Notes under the pieces: model-generated
The model's input: the letters and a program-made list of their open reading frames with translations, nothing else
Databases searched by the model: none
Told to the model about the DNA's origin: nothing
Position numbers and translations under genes: made by a program
Part shown: positions 12,471 to 23,462 of the stretch, in pieces
Position numbering within the stretch: position 1 is the first letter of the stretch
Layout of the letters: every line of letters starts with the position of its first letter
DNA from: Octopus sinensis
Taxonomy: Eukaryota
NCBI RefSeq assembly: GCF_006345805.1
Contig: NC_043008.1
Location: 496,001 to 560,000, forward strand
Direction: 5' to 3'
Length of the DNA: 64,000 nucleotides

Positions 12471-13163
12471 CGCTGGAATATCTCATAATAACCATACTAA
12501 GCCCCCACCCCCAACCCATGCGCAACACTTACATCCGACGACTGACAAAACAAAACAGCAGTACATCGCAGCATAACATTTATATCTATCCTAATATTAA
12601 TACACCACCGCACGCCATGCTTCATCATCAATCCTCATTTTTATTACAACACATCAAGCCTCACCACCAATCCAAGACTCACTCCATCACTCCTCAACCC
12701 GCTTCCCCCTTACAGCGTTCTACGACACGTCGCTCCATCACAGTATTGCCCTTGTCATCAATCATTTGTTTGTTTGTTTTTAGCATATCTTTTTTTTTTC
12801 TCTTTTAGATGCAGTGCCACAGACTGCACTTTTAGAATAAGTCATTGCCATTTTGTAACCAACTCATAACTAAATAACTATCATTTTTGTGTGTGTGTGT
12901 CTGTGTGTGTATGAATATATGTGTGTGTGTGAGTGTAAGTATATATGTCAGCGAATATGTTTAAATGCGTGTGTATGGGTGTGTACTGCATATATATGTG
13001 TTTGTGTGTGAGTGTGTGTGAGTGTGTGTGAGTGTGTGTGTGTGTTTGTGTGAGTGTGTGTGCGCGCGCTTTTACATATAAGGATGGAGAAAGAAATATG
13101 TCTGTGGAATCGTAACATATATATTATATATACATATACATACACACACATACACACACACAA

Positions 13164-13197
<34 letters not shown>

Positions 13198-13429
13198 GTG
13201 TGTGTGTGCTTTTATATATAAGGGTGGAGAAAGACGAAATATATTTGCGGAATGATAGAGCTATGTTTCAGACAAGCTCCGTTTTGCGCTGAGGCTGGAG
13301 ATAAAAATGCAATATGGGCGAACAGATTAAGAGGAAGCGATGTGAGAGAAGGTGCAGCATCCGGCTCCTTCGAATCAACAATTATGAACGCACGACGAAT
13401 AACAAGAGTCAGGATCATTCATCAACACT

Positions 13430-13612
13430 TGCACCACCACCACCACCACCACCACCACCACAACCACAACCACCACCACAACCACGACCACCACGACCAC
13501 CACAAACACCACAACCACCACTACCACCACCTCCACCACCACCACCATCACAACCACCACCACCACTACCACCGCCATCACCACTACCACCGCCATCACC
13601 ACCATCACCATG
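13430..13612. repeat. (CAC/CAT/AAC)n triplet array
   Basis: Direct reading; source of the poly-His, poly-Pro and poly-Val ORFs. Confidence 0.95.
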
Positions 13613-13756
13613 ATAAGCTGTTCCTCAAGAAATAATAAATGATAATTGCTGCTCAGAATATTCACATTTCAGTTGTATTTCTTAGCAAAATATCGAAACC
13701 GCCATTGATACTTCCAGCGATATGGACTATGAATTAACTAACATATTAGGGATTGC

Positions 13757-14748
13757 CTATCTATACATAACAGGACTAAATCCGCTGGACTCTGCAAAAG
13801 ATACCTTCATTTTTCTGTGGAGGTGAAGCGGCTGCAGTAGAATATTATAGAGAGCAGAGAGCAAGACGATATAAATAAGACATCTTGGACATCCATTGGA
13901 ACCATCACCATACCATATAAGCGCAGTCATGGCTGCATGGTGAGAAGCTTGCTTACGAACCACATGGTTCCGGGTTCAGTCCAACTGCATGACACCTTGG
14001 GCAAATGTCTTCTACTATAGCCTTGGGGTCGACTAAACCCTTGTAAGTGGATTTGGTAGACAGAAACTGAAATAAGCCTATGGTATATAAGTATGTATGT
14101 ATGCATGTATGTATGTATGTATGTATGTATGTATGTATGTATGTATGTATGTATGTATGTATGTATGTATGTATGTATGTATGTATGTATGTATGTATGT
14201 ATGTATGTATGTATGTATGTATGTATGTTTATGTGTGTGTGCGTGTGTTTGTGTCTTTGTGTCTGTCACCACGAAGCTTGACAATTGGTATTGGTGTCCT
14301 TACGTCTCCGTAACTTAGTGGTTCGGGAAAAGAGATCGATAAAAAAGTATCAAATTTTTAAAAAAATTTAAAGTACAGGGTCGATTCATTCACATAAAGT
14401 TTCCTCAAAGCGGTGCTCCAGCTTGGCCGCAGGCTAATGGCCGATACAAATGCAAGATTAAAAAAATATCCACTGATTTGGATCTGGTCCTTCCACAGGA
14501 TTGAAGATGGTCACCGACGAGAGAACGAGGTTGGTGGTGCGCGACTCTTCGTCATTTTGAACAGTGTCAACAAGCAAGTCAATAGTCAACCTTAAGACTG
14601 GCTTCAACGTCATTGTCGCCCCTACTGATGAAAATGGCGGTTTCTTTAATGGATTTGATTCCGTTAAAAAAATTCGTGCTATCGTTTGCAGTTTAAGGAT
14701 ACCTTCCTCTAATCCGTCCATCAATCTCGGAGGTCCCCTTCGCGTCAT
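13757..14748 (-). pseudogene. Unknown 146-codon ORF split by a SINE insertion
   Basis: 14748-14467 (94 codons) joins in frame to 13915-13757 (52 codons plus stop) once the SINE and one ATAT copy are removed. Confidence 0.3.
13919..14465 (+). mobile_element. SINE family A with expanded internal (TATG)n
   Basis: Head gcgcagtcatggctgcatgg, B-box ggttcagtcc, tail gcggtgctccagc. Possible 4-bp TSD ATAT (13915-13918, 14466-14469). Confidence 0.88.
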
Positions 14749-15320
14749 AGAAACTGTTATTCATTCTTGATTAAAATACACAGAAAAAAGAAGACTAACT
14801 TTCTATCCAATGTGATGACATCAACTAGTTACTTCATAATCGAAAATACAATGATCAAAGGGAAATAACTCAAATAGGCCAATGGCATAAATTTGGATAA
14901 TTAAGTTAAGTGTGGTGTAGGGAACGTCATTCGCAGTAATTAATTAACAATCTTCCTTTAAGATGGAAGAAAGAAAACAAACACCTAGCAGCACTTGATA
15001 GAGACTCTCAAAGAAAGAGGAGATAATTTCAAGCAATTTCTAATTACTTTCCGAAAGTTAATTAACATGCTTCAGGATAGATAAGACTGTTTGACTGCAT
15101 GCAACAATATTTGTGCATGTGCACCTATATATGCATGTATGTGTGTGTGTTTGGGTGAGATTGCGCGAGTGTGAGTAAGTAAGATAATGTATTTCCAGTT
15201 TTCTGTGCATTCGTCTTTCTCTCACTTTTCTCTCTTTATTCTCACTCATTCTCTCTTTCCATTCTTCTCCCTTATTCCCCACCACTCCCTCATGAATTAT
15301 GTGTTGCACAGAATAGTGTT

Positions 15321-15593
15321 GCCATCTGTGAATGAGAACCTGTTATGATACTGCACTGCTCCGTGAACGAGAACGTGTTAATGTAAAACTCTATAATTAT
15401 GCGCAAGTCTGAAGTTTGAGATTGTTTATGTTTTATTTCTACGAATAAACACAAAGAATCAAGATGGCAGCCATTTGTTTCCTTAAACAAACAACGCTGA
15501 CAAACTGTCATCATTTTTAGAGACGTCATTTTAATTTAAACATTTATTCTCCGCCATAGTTTTTTCATTTTTCATTTAGGTGCTTCATGGCGG
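15321..15593. promoter_or_regulatory. Cluster of five GCCAT/ATGGC (YY1/Pho core) motifs in non-repetitive sequence
   Basis: Motifs at 15321, 15464, 15470, 15553 and 15587, including AAGATGGCAG, CCGCCAT and ATGGCGG. Confidence 0.3.
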
Positions 15594-16208
15594 TTATATT
15601 TCTCTCCCTCTCTTCTTTCTGCTTCTCTCTTTCCTCTCCTCTCTCCTGTTTATCTCTCAGTTCCCTCCTTCTCTCCCCCACCTCTGTCTTTCCTTCTCTT
15701 TTTCTACCTCTCTCTCTCTAGAATTCGTATATTTATTTATCTCTCGCTTTATCTAACTTTTCTTTAATTTTCAAGTAATTTCTCTCGTATTTATTTAGTC
15801 ATTTCACTCTACGTGCACTCTTGCTTCTTATGTACTTTTAAACGTTCCCTTCACACACCTCTCTCTCTCTCTCTTTCTCTCTCTCTGTCGTTCATTCTTG
15901 TTCATTATCCGATTGATAATCTCTTTCAGTCTTGTACTCATTCACACTCTTTCCTCTTTTCTCCTTTATATTTCATTCAAAGCTGTTACACATTCACTTT
16001 CCAATCAAATTTCATTCTCATTTTTCATTCTTTTTTTCAATACATTTTCCTTCTTTTTTTCGTTAGTACTTTGTTAAAATCTTTTATCTTCTCCTTTCCA
16101 TTTTTGTATCTTTTCTTCCTCCCCTCTCTCTCGCACTCTTAGTTTTCTCTCTTACTCCTATTTCTTAGGGTCTCAACTTCTTCCACTATGTACTGCTACA
16201 TATATGTG

Positions 16209-16259
<51 letters not shown>

Positions 16260-16283
16260 ATAAAACCAGAGAAAGAGAGAAAG

Positions 16284-16345
<62 letters not shown>

Positions 16346-16405
16346 AACAGGGAGATGTTGAAAATGCACTTGGAGTCTGTGATAGTTTTATTTATATCTG
16401 TTTAA

Positions 16406-16613
16406 CCGGTTTCACAATTTCATGATTGTGAAATAGAAGGACTTCAAGCTATATTGTATTTATCTCGACTCTACTGGAGTGTGGCAATTTGATCCATCAG
16501 CGTATGGCAATTAGAGCAATAATCTAAAATCTACTTCAGTTAGAGTTGATAGATATATTGCACAGCTGCAGGTCTTTCCATTTCACGTGAAAATCATGAA
16601 ATTATGAAACCAG
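16406..16613. mobile_element. piggyBac-like MITE (208 bp)
   Basis: 22-bp TIRs CCGGTTTCACAATTTCATGATT / AATCATGAAATTATGAAACCAG (20/22 match), flanked by TTAA (16402-16405) and TTAC (16614-16617). Confidence 0.6.
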
Positions 16614-16802
16614 TTACGTAAATGAAATAAGCTTTTTAAAAACTTCAAATCTTTTCAACCTTTCCTTTCTATATAATCGTGTGACACATACGCACACGCA
16701 CACATATATGCAAGCACGTACATGCATACATACATATATACACACATACATATATGCATGCATACATACACACATGCATACATGCATGCATGTATGCATA
16801 CA

Positions 16803-16834
<32 letters not shown>

Positions 16835-16993
16835 CATATGTATACGTATAAAAGAGAAATTTGGATAAAGTTTGCAACATTTATTTCGTATATGTGATTC
16901 ATTATTAAATTGAATTACATAGATGTATGTGAAGAAAAACATATGAAACATCTATTAACAATTCGTTAAACCAAGAATTAAATAATATCAAAA

Positions 16994-17045
<52 letters not shown>

Positions 17046-17301
17046 ATCATCATTATTATTATCATTGTTGCTGTGGTTATTTTTGTTGCTGTTGCTGTTG
17101 TTGTTTCTGTTGTTATTATCATTATTACTATTATTATTTTCATTATCACCTTCTTCCAATTCTGATTCCATTTCTTGCCGAGTGTCTTCCTGACACCGAG
17201 GGCATTTCTCTTCCACTTTATGTATATTTTTATCACATAATTTCAACTCATAATTTTGCCACGTGATGTATACTGAATCGTCAGTATCTTTACACCGTGT
17301 A

Positions 17302-17380
<79 letters not shown>

Positions 17381-17494
17381 ATATATATGTGTGTGTGTGT
17401 GTATGTATATATATGTGTGTGTATATATATGTATATATATATATATATAGATTCATATATATATATATATATACATATACTTATATATATATAT

Positions 17495-17720
17495 ACTCTC
17501 TTTTACTCTTTTACTTGTTTCAGTCATTTGACTGCAGCCATGCTGGAGCACCGCCTTTAATCGAGCAACTCGACCCCGGGACTTATTCTCTTGTAAGCCA
17601 AGTACTTATTCTAGCGGTTTCTTTTGCCAAACCGCTAAGTAACGGAGACAAACACACCAGCATCGGTTGTCAAGGAATGCTAGGGGACAAACACATACAC
17701 ACAAACACACACACGCATAT
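17495..17720 (-). mobile_element. SINE family A, 3' half
   Basis: cagtcatttgactgcagccatgctggagcaccgcc. Confidence 0.88.
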
Positions 17721-18149
17721 ATGCATATAAATGTATCAGTTTTTCTACACACATTCATCTATTAACCTATCTTAATCTGCAATCACACACACACATACAC
17801 ACATGTACATACATGCATGCACAAGCACACGCGCACGTACACACACACTACAAACTGTTATTCATTTAGCGGCAGCAAGCCCGCAGATACGTTCAAACGT
17901 CAGAAAAATGCTATGCGGTATATATTCCAGTTCTTTACTTCTGATTTCAAATCCGACTCAGGTCATCTTTACTTACCATTCCTCAAAGGTGGAGAAAAAT
18001 AAAGTGCAGCGATCGAAGATATCGACTTTCTTTTTTTTTTTCGGGCATACAATGTATAGTGAAAACTTGTGGTATAAATATTGAAGCATCGCAACTGTCA
18101 TTCCAAATTCTGCTGCATTTTACATGAAATCTTTGGTTTCCAAAATCAT

Positions 18150-18230
18150 CTTGGCGTATAAGTCGGTGTGTCTATTTTAACTGAAAATTTGTGTCTGAAA
18201 ATTTCGAAATATATGCCGAAATATACGGTA
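18150..18230. mobile_element. Possible pogo/Tigger-like MITE remnant
   Basis: ggcgtataagtcg on the left; tatgccgaaatatacggta on the right resembles pogo termini. Confidence 0.3.
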
Positions 18231-18389
18231 AATCATTCCCCTTAAAATTGCAGGTCTTATGGAGCTAAATCACAAATCATTATCTACTAACTTCACACGT
18301 CTTCTGTTGTAATTTTTACTATATTTCACTTCTCACTATGCTCAATTGCTGGGGAGTTTGTGCCTCTGGATATACGCATCATACATGTG

Positions 18390-18560
18390 CATCGTAGAAT
18401 GCTTTTTCAAAGGCTATAAATCAGATAGGTCTTTATAAAGCAACTCTTCTTTTTAACTGGAATTAACGTATTCTCTGCCCATTTGTAAATGCAGACTATT
18501 TTAGACCACTTCATGTTGCTTCATGTACCTAGCTGCCCGCCAGTCGTTCACGCCAGGATG
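18390..18560 (-). mobile_element. Highly decayed LINE reverse-transcriptase fragment
   Basis: Minus strand gives QMGREY and FIAFEKAFY, similar to the RT motif FIDFEKAFD. Confidence 0.35.
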
Positions 18561-18714
18561 TCAAAGTCTCTCTTCTCTCTCTATTATTTTTTGTTCACAA
18601 GTTATTCTCATCTTCATTTTTTCATCTTTAAACTCTGACCTTCTCAATTCCGTTTGAACATTATCATTGCTAATCCTTTACATTTGACGTTGTACTTAGT
18701 GTAAAAACACTTGG

Positions 18715-18762
<48 letters not shown>

Positions 18763-18944
18763 CCACTTCTATTCAAACGAATTATTAGAAAACATTCTTC
18801 CAATATTGGAATAGATACTAAAATGAAGGACACTAGGGAAGAGAAGTGACATACGCAATTGATAGAGGTGACCTTTTTTTGTTCTCCAAATAGTTTATTG
18901 TATTTGATACATTAAACGGATGTTATGTGAAAGGTTTCTTCTTT

Positions 18945-19016
18945 CCGCCCTTCTCTTATGATTGGCAGACGTTTACATAAAGCGCGTGCTGTGGCACTCT
19001 CTCGCGTTCGCTGCGC
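18945..19016 (+). promoter_or_regulatory. Candidate Pol II core promoter
   Basis: GC box CCGCCC (18945), inverted CCAAT (ATTGG, 18961) and TATA-like TACATAAA (18974), followed by a CpG-rich stretch. Confidence 0.3.
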
Positions 19017-19657
19017 CTACAGACACAAATAGCCAAAAAGAAAAAAAAAAAACAAAAAATCGAAAAAACACAGAAACGATCTTTGATTATTCAAAATAGA
19101 AGCATTTCTATGGCATTTATTTTTACACTTGTAAATGTGCTTCTGTTGTGCGTTGTACGCACGCGTGTGTGTGTGTGTGAGTGAGTGTTGTGTGTGTGTA
19201 TGAGCGAGTGTGTGTGAGTGTGTGAGTGAGTGTGTGTGTATGTGGGAGTGTGTGTGGGAGTGTGTGTGTGTATGTGAGTGAGTGTGTGTGTGAGAGAGTG
19301 AATGTGTGTGTGTGGTGCGTCCTTAATTTATCTCCAACTGAATTCCGCCAGCGATGGTCGTTCTAGAGTTTCATCCACCCAAGTTTGTTATGATGCTGAA
19401 CAACTACTTTATTATGGACAGTTCGTTTCCTGTCAACGGTGGTGCGTCGTATCTATGACCAAGTTACTTAAGTACGAAGTTATTCCCTTCCATTTAGCTG
19501 TAAACAGACGCCGAGATGGAACGCAGCTCACCATTTTAAGCATGGAGGGGAAACACTGTATTGCAAAAACTAGATTCGTTTGAAATTATAATTTCAACTC
19601 CTATCAATATCGATTCGAATGATATAGGACCAATGATACACAAGAATGATATAGGAC

Positions 19658-19959
19658 CAGTGATACACAAGATTTTGACCTGGGATTTCAAAAGCGAGCA
19701 GTACTACCCTCAGGAGTGTTAGAAAAATTCAGGGCGCGTTAAAGAAAAGTGGGACGGTAATGCGGTGGCCAAAAGGGAGCGAGGATTCTTATAAAAACGA
19801 AATAATAAGTTAATTAGGTTAAGATTTATTTTTGAAATACTGTTGTTTTGAATTTACAGCAGAAAGTGGTCTATGTTTGTGGTGGTAAGTGATGGAGTGG
19901 TTATGAATGTGGCCCCAGTGTCAAGGGGGTGACAACCCCTAAACGATTAGGAACCACTA
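19658..19959. mobile_element. Decayed hAT/Charlie-like MITE
   Basis: Left end CAGTGATACACAA and right end TAGGAACCACTA resemble cagtggttcccaa-type TIRs. Confidence 0.35.
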
Positions 19960-20059
19960 ATTTGGACCAATAGTCAAATTTTCAAACATATATCTACGAT
20001 GCAACGCATTTAGTTTCCCCACCATTTTGTATTCGTTGTTACTAAAATTAATGCGCCCT

Positions 20060-20247
20060 AAATAAAGCTGTAATTCAGTTCTATATTTAAGAAATGAGGA
20101 ATTATGCACATTATTTACGCTATTTACATTTGATAGATATTTGTCCTCATCTTGTTTGTTGTTAGCACAACGTTTCGGCTGATATACCCTCCAGCCTTCA
20201 TCAGGTGTCTTGGAGAAATTTCGAACCTGGGTTCTTATTCCTAAGGT

Positions 20248-20250
<3 letters not shown>
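20060..20250 (-). mobile_element. Penelope-like terminal-repeat fragment carrying a hammerhead
   Basis: Contains the hammerhead at 20164-20209 and abuts (AAT)n at 20248-20324. Confidence 0.5.
20164..20209 (-). ncRNA. Minimal type I hammerhead ribozyme motif
   Basis: GACAC-CUGAUGA-A-GGCUG(gaggguauau)CAGCC-GAAAC-GUU-GUGCU: intact core, extra A after A9, 5-bp stem II, palindromic ACGU in place of stem III. Confidence 0.7.
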
Positions 20251-20326
<76 letters not shown>

Positions 20327-21168
20327 TTGAGGTGGCTTATTCGCCATTGACAACCATTTATGGAATCAACCTCTGATTCCTAAGGTATTTACTATAAACT
20401 CCCTTGTTAGTTTATCGATGATCTGTTTATGTCTCGCTTGTTTATCTTCCTTGTCAGTCATTAGATAAGTGCTTCCTCGTGGCTAAGAGTTGTTCTGACT
20501 CTTATTTCTAGCAATGCTGGTGGTTGACTAGCACCCTTAGTCACATTAGTAACATCTATATATGTATAAGTATGTATATACATTCATATATATATATACA
20601 CACACTCACACAGACAGGGACACGTGCACACGGAACACACACACACACACACATTCATTCGTAAATGTAATCACTTATGTATAGATAGCTCTCTCGCAAA
20701 GTGGTTCAGAGAAAATGTCTCCCACTTTATGAATGTATATACATTCATATATACACACACTCAGACACACACAAAGACACATGCACACACCACACATGCA
20801 CACATACTCACACACACACATACAGACGCACACATACATTCGTGGATGTATGCATGTATGTACGGATCGCTATCTCGCAAAGCATTTCACAGAAAATGTC
20901 TCCCACTTTATTCGCTGGCATTGTATCAGAGATCACTTTTCCTGCGTGTCGAATTGAAAGCGACAATAGAAGCCAAGAAATCACTCGTTACTTCCTAAGT
21001 GCAATCACAGTGAATTTATAACAGCCTGGAGCAATATCGACATGGAAGTCATCAGGAGTTCAATGCCTTTTTCGTGGCTAACAACTGAGAAATGTGACAA
21101 CATGCTATCTCCTTATCTCACCTCAAATGGTTATATATCACCATTGTCTTTGTCATCTGTGCTTTCAG

Positions 21169-21223
21169 TGAAAGAGAAAGCAAAACGGAGAAGAAAATTA
21201 TTCAGATTCATGACAAGTGGAAG
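21169..21223 (+). other. Candidate 55-nt internal exon
   Basis: Strong acceptor ttgtctttgtcatctgtgctttcag and donor AAG|GTAAAG; two frames open. Confidence 0.2.
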
Positions 21224-22042
21224 GTAAAGGGCTTATTTAATATCTAAACATAGAATTTTGAAATTGTTTTGGGGATGTACTGTAATCAATTTAAATAAGT
21301 ACTGGACACTAATAACTGTTCTAAATGCTTCAATCCAGATAAGATGTTTAGTTGGGAGGGATGATAATAAACATTCAAAATAACAAACTGGATGCTAACA
21401 TTCCCAAGCACTGCACAGACAGAATACTTATATGCATAATCTCCAAAACATAGACATACACAAATATTCATGTGCATATATAATGGCTGTCAACTCGTAG
21501 ACGAGTATGACAAATTAATTTACGCTACATGACAAATTAGCTTACGCTAGATGTTAAGGAAAATGGCTGCCAGCAATATCCGAGCTGAAATTTAAAATCA
21601 TTCAATAGTTTAACAAAAGCTTAAGATTCTCACATACAAAGCAAAGTAATTCAGAAAGAAGCAAGATTAAGATCTTCGGTATCCCAGAGAGGCTTGATGT
21701 TATTTCGGAACATCTATTTTGTAGATAGATGTCGAAACAAAGACTAAAGGTCTCACTCCCAGCTGATGGATGAATGATGACTGATATCCCTGACATCCTG
21801 CCGGCTGTCCAACGAAAATCACCCTCTCTTCCAAGAAGGCATGGTAGGGTTGCTTGTTTTACCACCTAGGACTTGACCGTGTAACAATACCTATTGGATC
21901 ACATGTTATGCTACAGTTATCATTAAGAGTGACCTGACATAAGTTTATCCATCCATCCAGCCATCCATCCATCCATCCATCAATCAATCAATCAATCATA
22001 CATACATACATACATACATACATACATACATACATACATACA

Positions 22043-22075
<33 letters not shown>

Positions 22076-22099
22076 GGACAGTATATGTCTATATATATT

Positions 22100-22384
22100 C
22101 TTTTATCTTTTTACTTTCTTATTTGTTTCAGTCATTTGACTGCGGCCATGCTGGAGCACCAACTTTAGTCGAACAAATCGACCCCAGGACTTATTCTTTG
22201 TTTAGCCTACTACTTATTCCATCGGTACTCTTTTACCGAACCACTCAGTTACGGGGAGGTAAACACACCAACGTCGGCTGACAAGCGATGGTGGGGGACA
22301 AACACAGACGCACAAACATACACACACACGCACAAATACACACATACACACACACACACAAACACACACACATATATATATATA

Positions 22385-22415
<31 letters not shown>

Positions 22416-22573
22416 GACAGGCTTCTTTCAGTTTCTCTCTACCAAATCCACTCCCAAGGCTTTGGTCGGCCCGAGGCTATAGTGGAAGACACTTGCCCAA
22501 TGTGCCACTCATTGAGACTGAACCCCGAACCATGTGGTAGGAAAGTAAGCTTCTTACCACACAGCCTCACCTG
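22100..22573 (-). mobile_element. SINE family A, full length
   Basis: Complete body matching 4181-4588. Confidence 0.9.
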
Positions 22574-22893
22574 TTACTATAAGAAAAACTAGAAGGATCC
22601 TTGTGAAACACGGCTTCCCAGGGTTTCCTGGATATCTATATTTTACAAGACGTTTTGTGGCTTCTATTACAACATTATTTCTACTCTCATGTACAGATAA
22701 AGAAAAAGGTTAAGTGTTACATCGAGGTTTCAGCTTCCTAGCCATTATCTGATCCTTAACAGCTGGTAAGCCGAAACCTGGAAGCCATTGCCAGATTTTC
22801 CCTCGTAAAAATTCATATATACTCTGCTCAAAATTATTGATACATCAGCGTATTTTAATATTGTTTGATATATATCTTTATATATATCTTTAT

Positions 22894-23283
22894 ATAGGCG
22901 CAGGAGTGGCTGTGTGGTAAGTAGCTTGCTAACCAACCAACTGGTCCGGGTCAGTCCCACTGCGTGGCATCTGGGCAAGTGTCTTCTGCTATAGCCTGGG
23001 CCGACCAATGCCTTGTGATGGATTTGGTAGACGGAAAATGAAAGACGCCTGTCGTATATATGTATATATATATATGTATGTGTGTGTGTTTGTGTGTCTG
23101 TGTTTGTCCCCTAGCATTGCTTGACAACCGATGCTGGTGGTTTAAATCCCCGTCACTTAGCGGTTCGGCAAAAGAGACCGATAGAGTACTGGGCTTACAA
23201 GAATAAGTCCGGGGTCGACTAAAGACGGTGCTCCAGCATGGCCGCAGTGAAATGACTGAAACAAGTAAAAGAATTAAAGAATA
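22894..23283 (+). mobile_element. SINE family A, full length
   Basis: ataggcgcaggagtggctgtgtgg head through gactgaaacaagtaaaag tail. Confidence 0.92.
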
Positions 23284-23350
23284 TAAAGACAACATGAGAA
23301 CGTGATACATGCAAAGTATTAGCAGACGCAAAGGAAAGGAAAGAAAATTA

Positions 23351-23385
23351 GTTTTATGTTTCGAGCAAAGCTCTTCGTCAGAAAC
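23351..23385 (-). ncRNA. Minimal type I hammerhead motif with G16.2>A change
   Basis: GUUU-CUGACGA-A-GAGC(uuu)GCUC-GAAAC-AUA-AAAC. Confidence 0.55.
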
Positions 23386-23462
23386 AGGAGACGGAGGAGA
23401 GTAAACGAGAAAAGGAAGGGGGAGGGAAAATCCCCAACGATCCACATGGGTATATCTATCTA

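Noticed and set aside
12740-12775. TGATTGAT/TGACA Pbx-Meis-like sites (also TGATTTATGA near 47320 and TTTTATGG near 53930)
   Set aside because: Short AT-rich motifs expected by chance at this composition; no homeobox gene or conservation evidence is in view.
14564-14770. Plus-strand ORF MSTSKSIVNLKTGFNV...
   Set aside because: It is the antisense frame of the longer minus-strand ORF, has an upstream in-frame stop, and does not extend across the SINE.
21602-21865. 87-aa minus-strand ORF in unique sequence
   Set aside because: No recognisable motif, weak splice signals, and other frames are partly open. Insufficient support.
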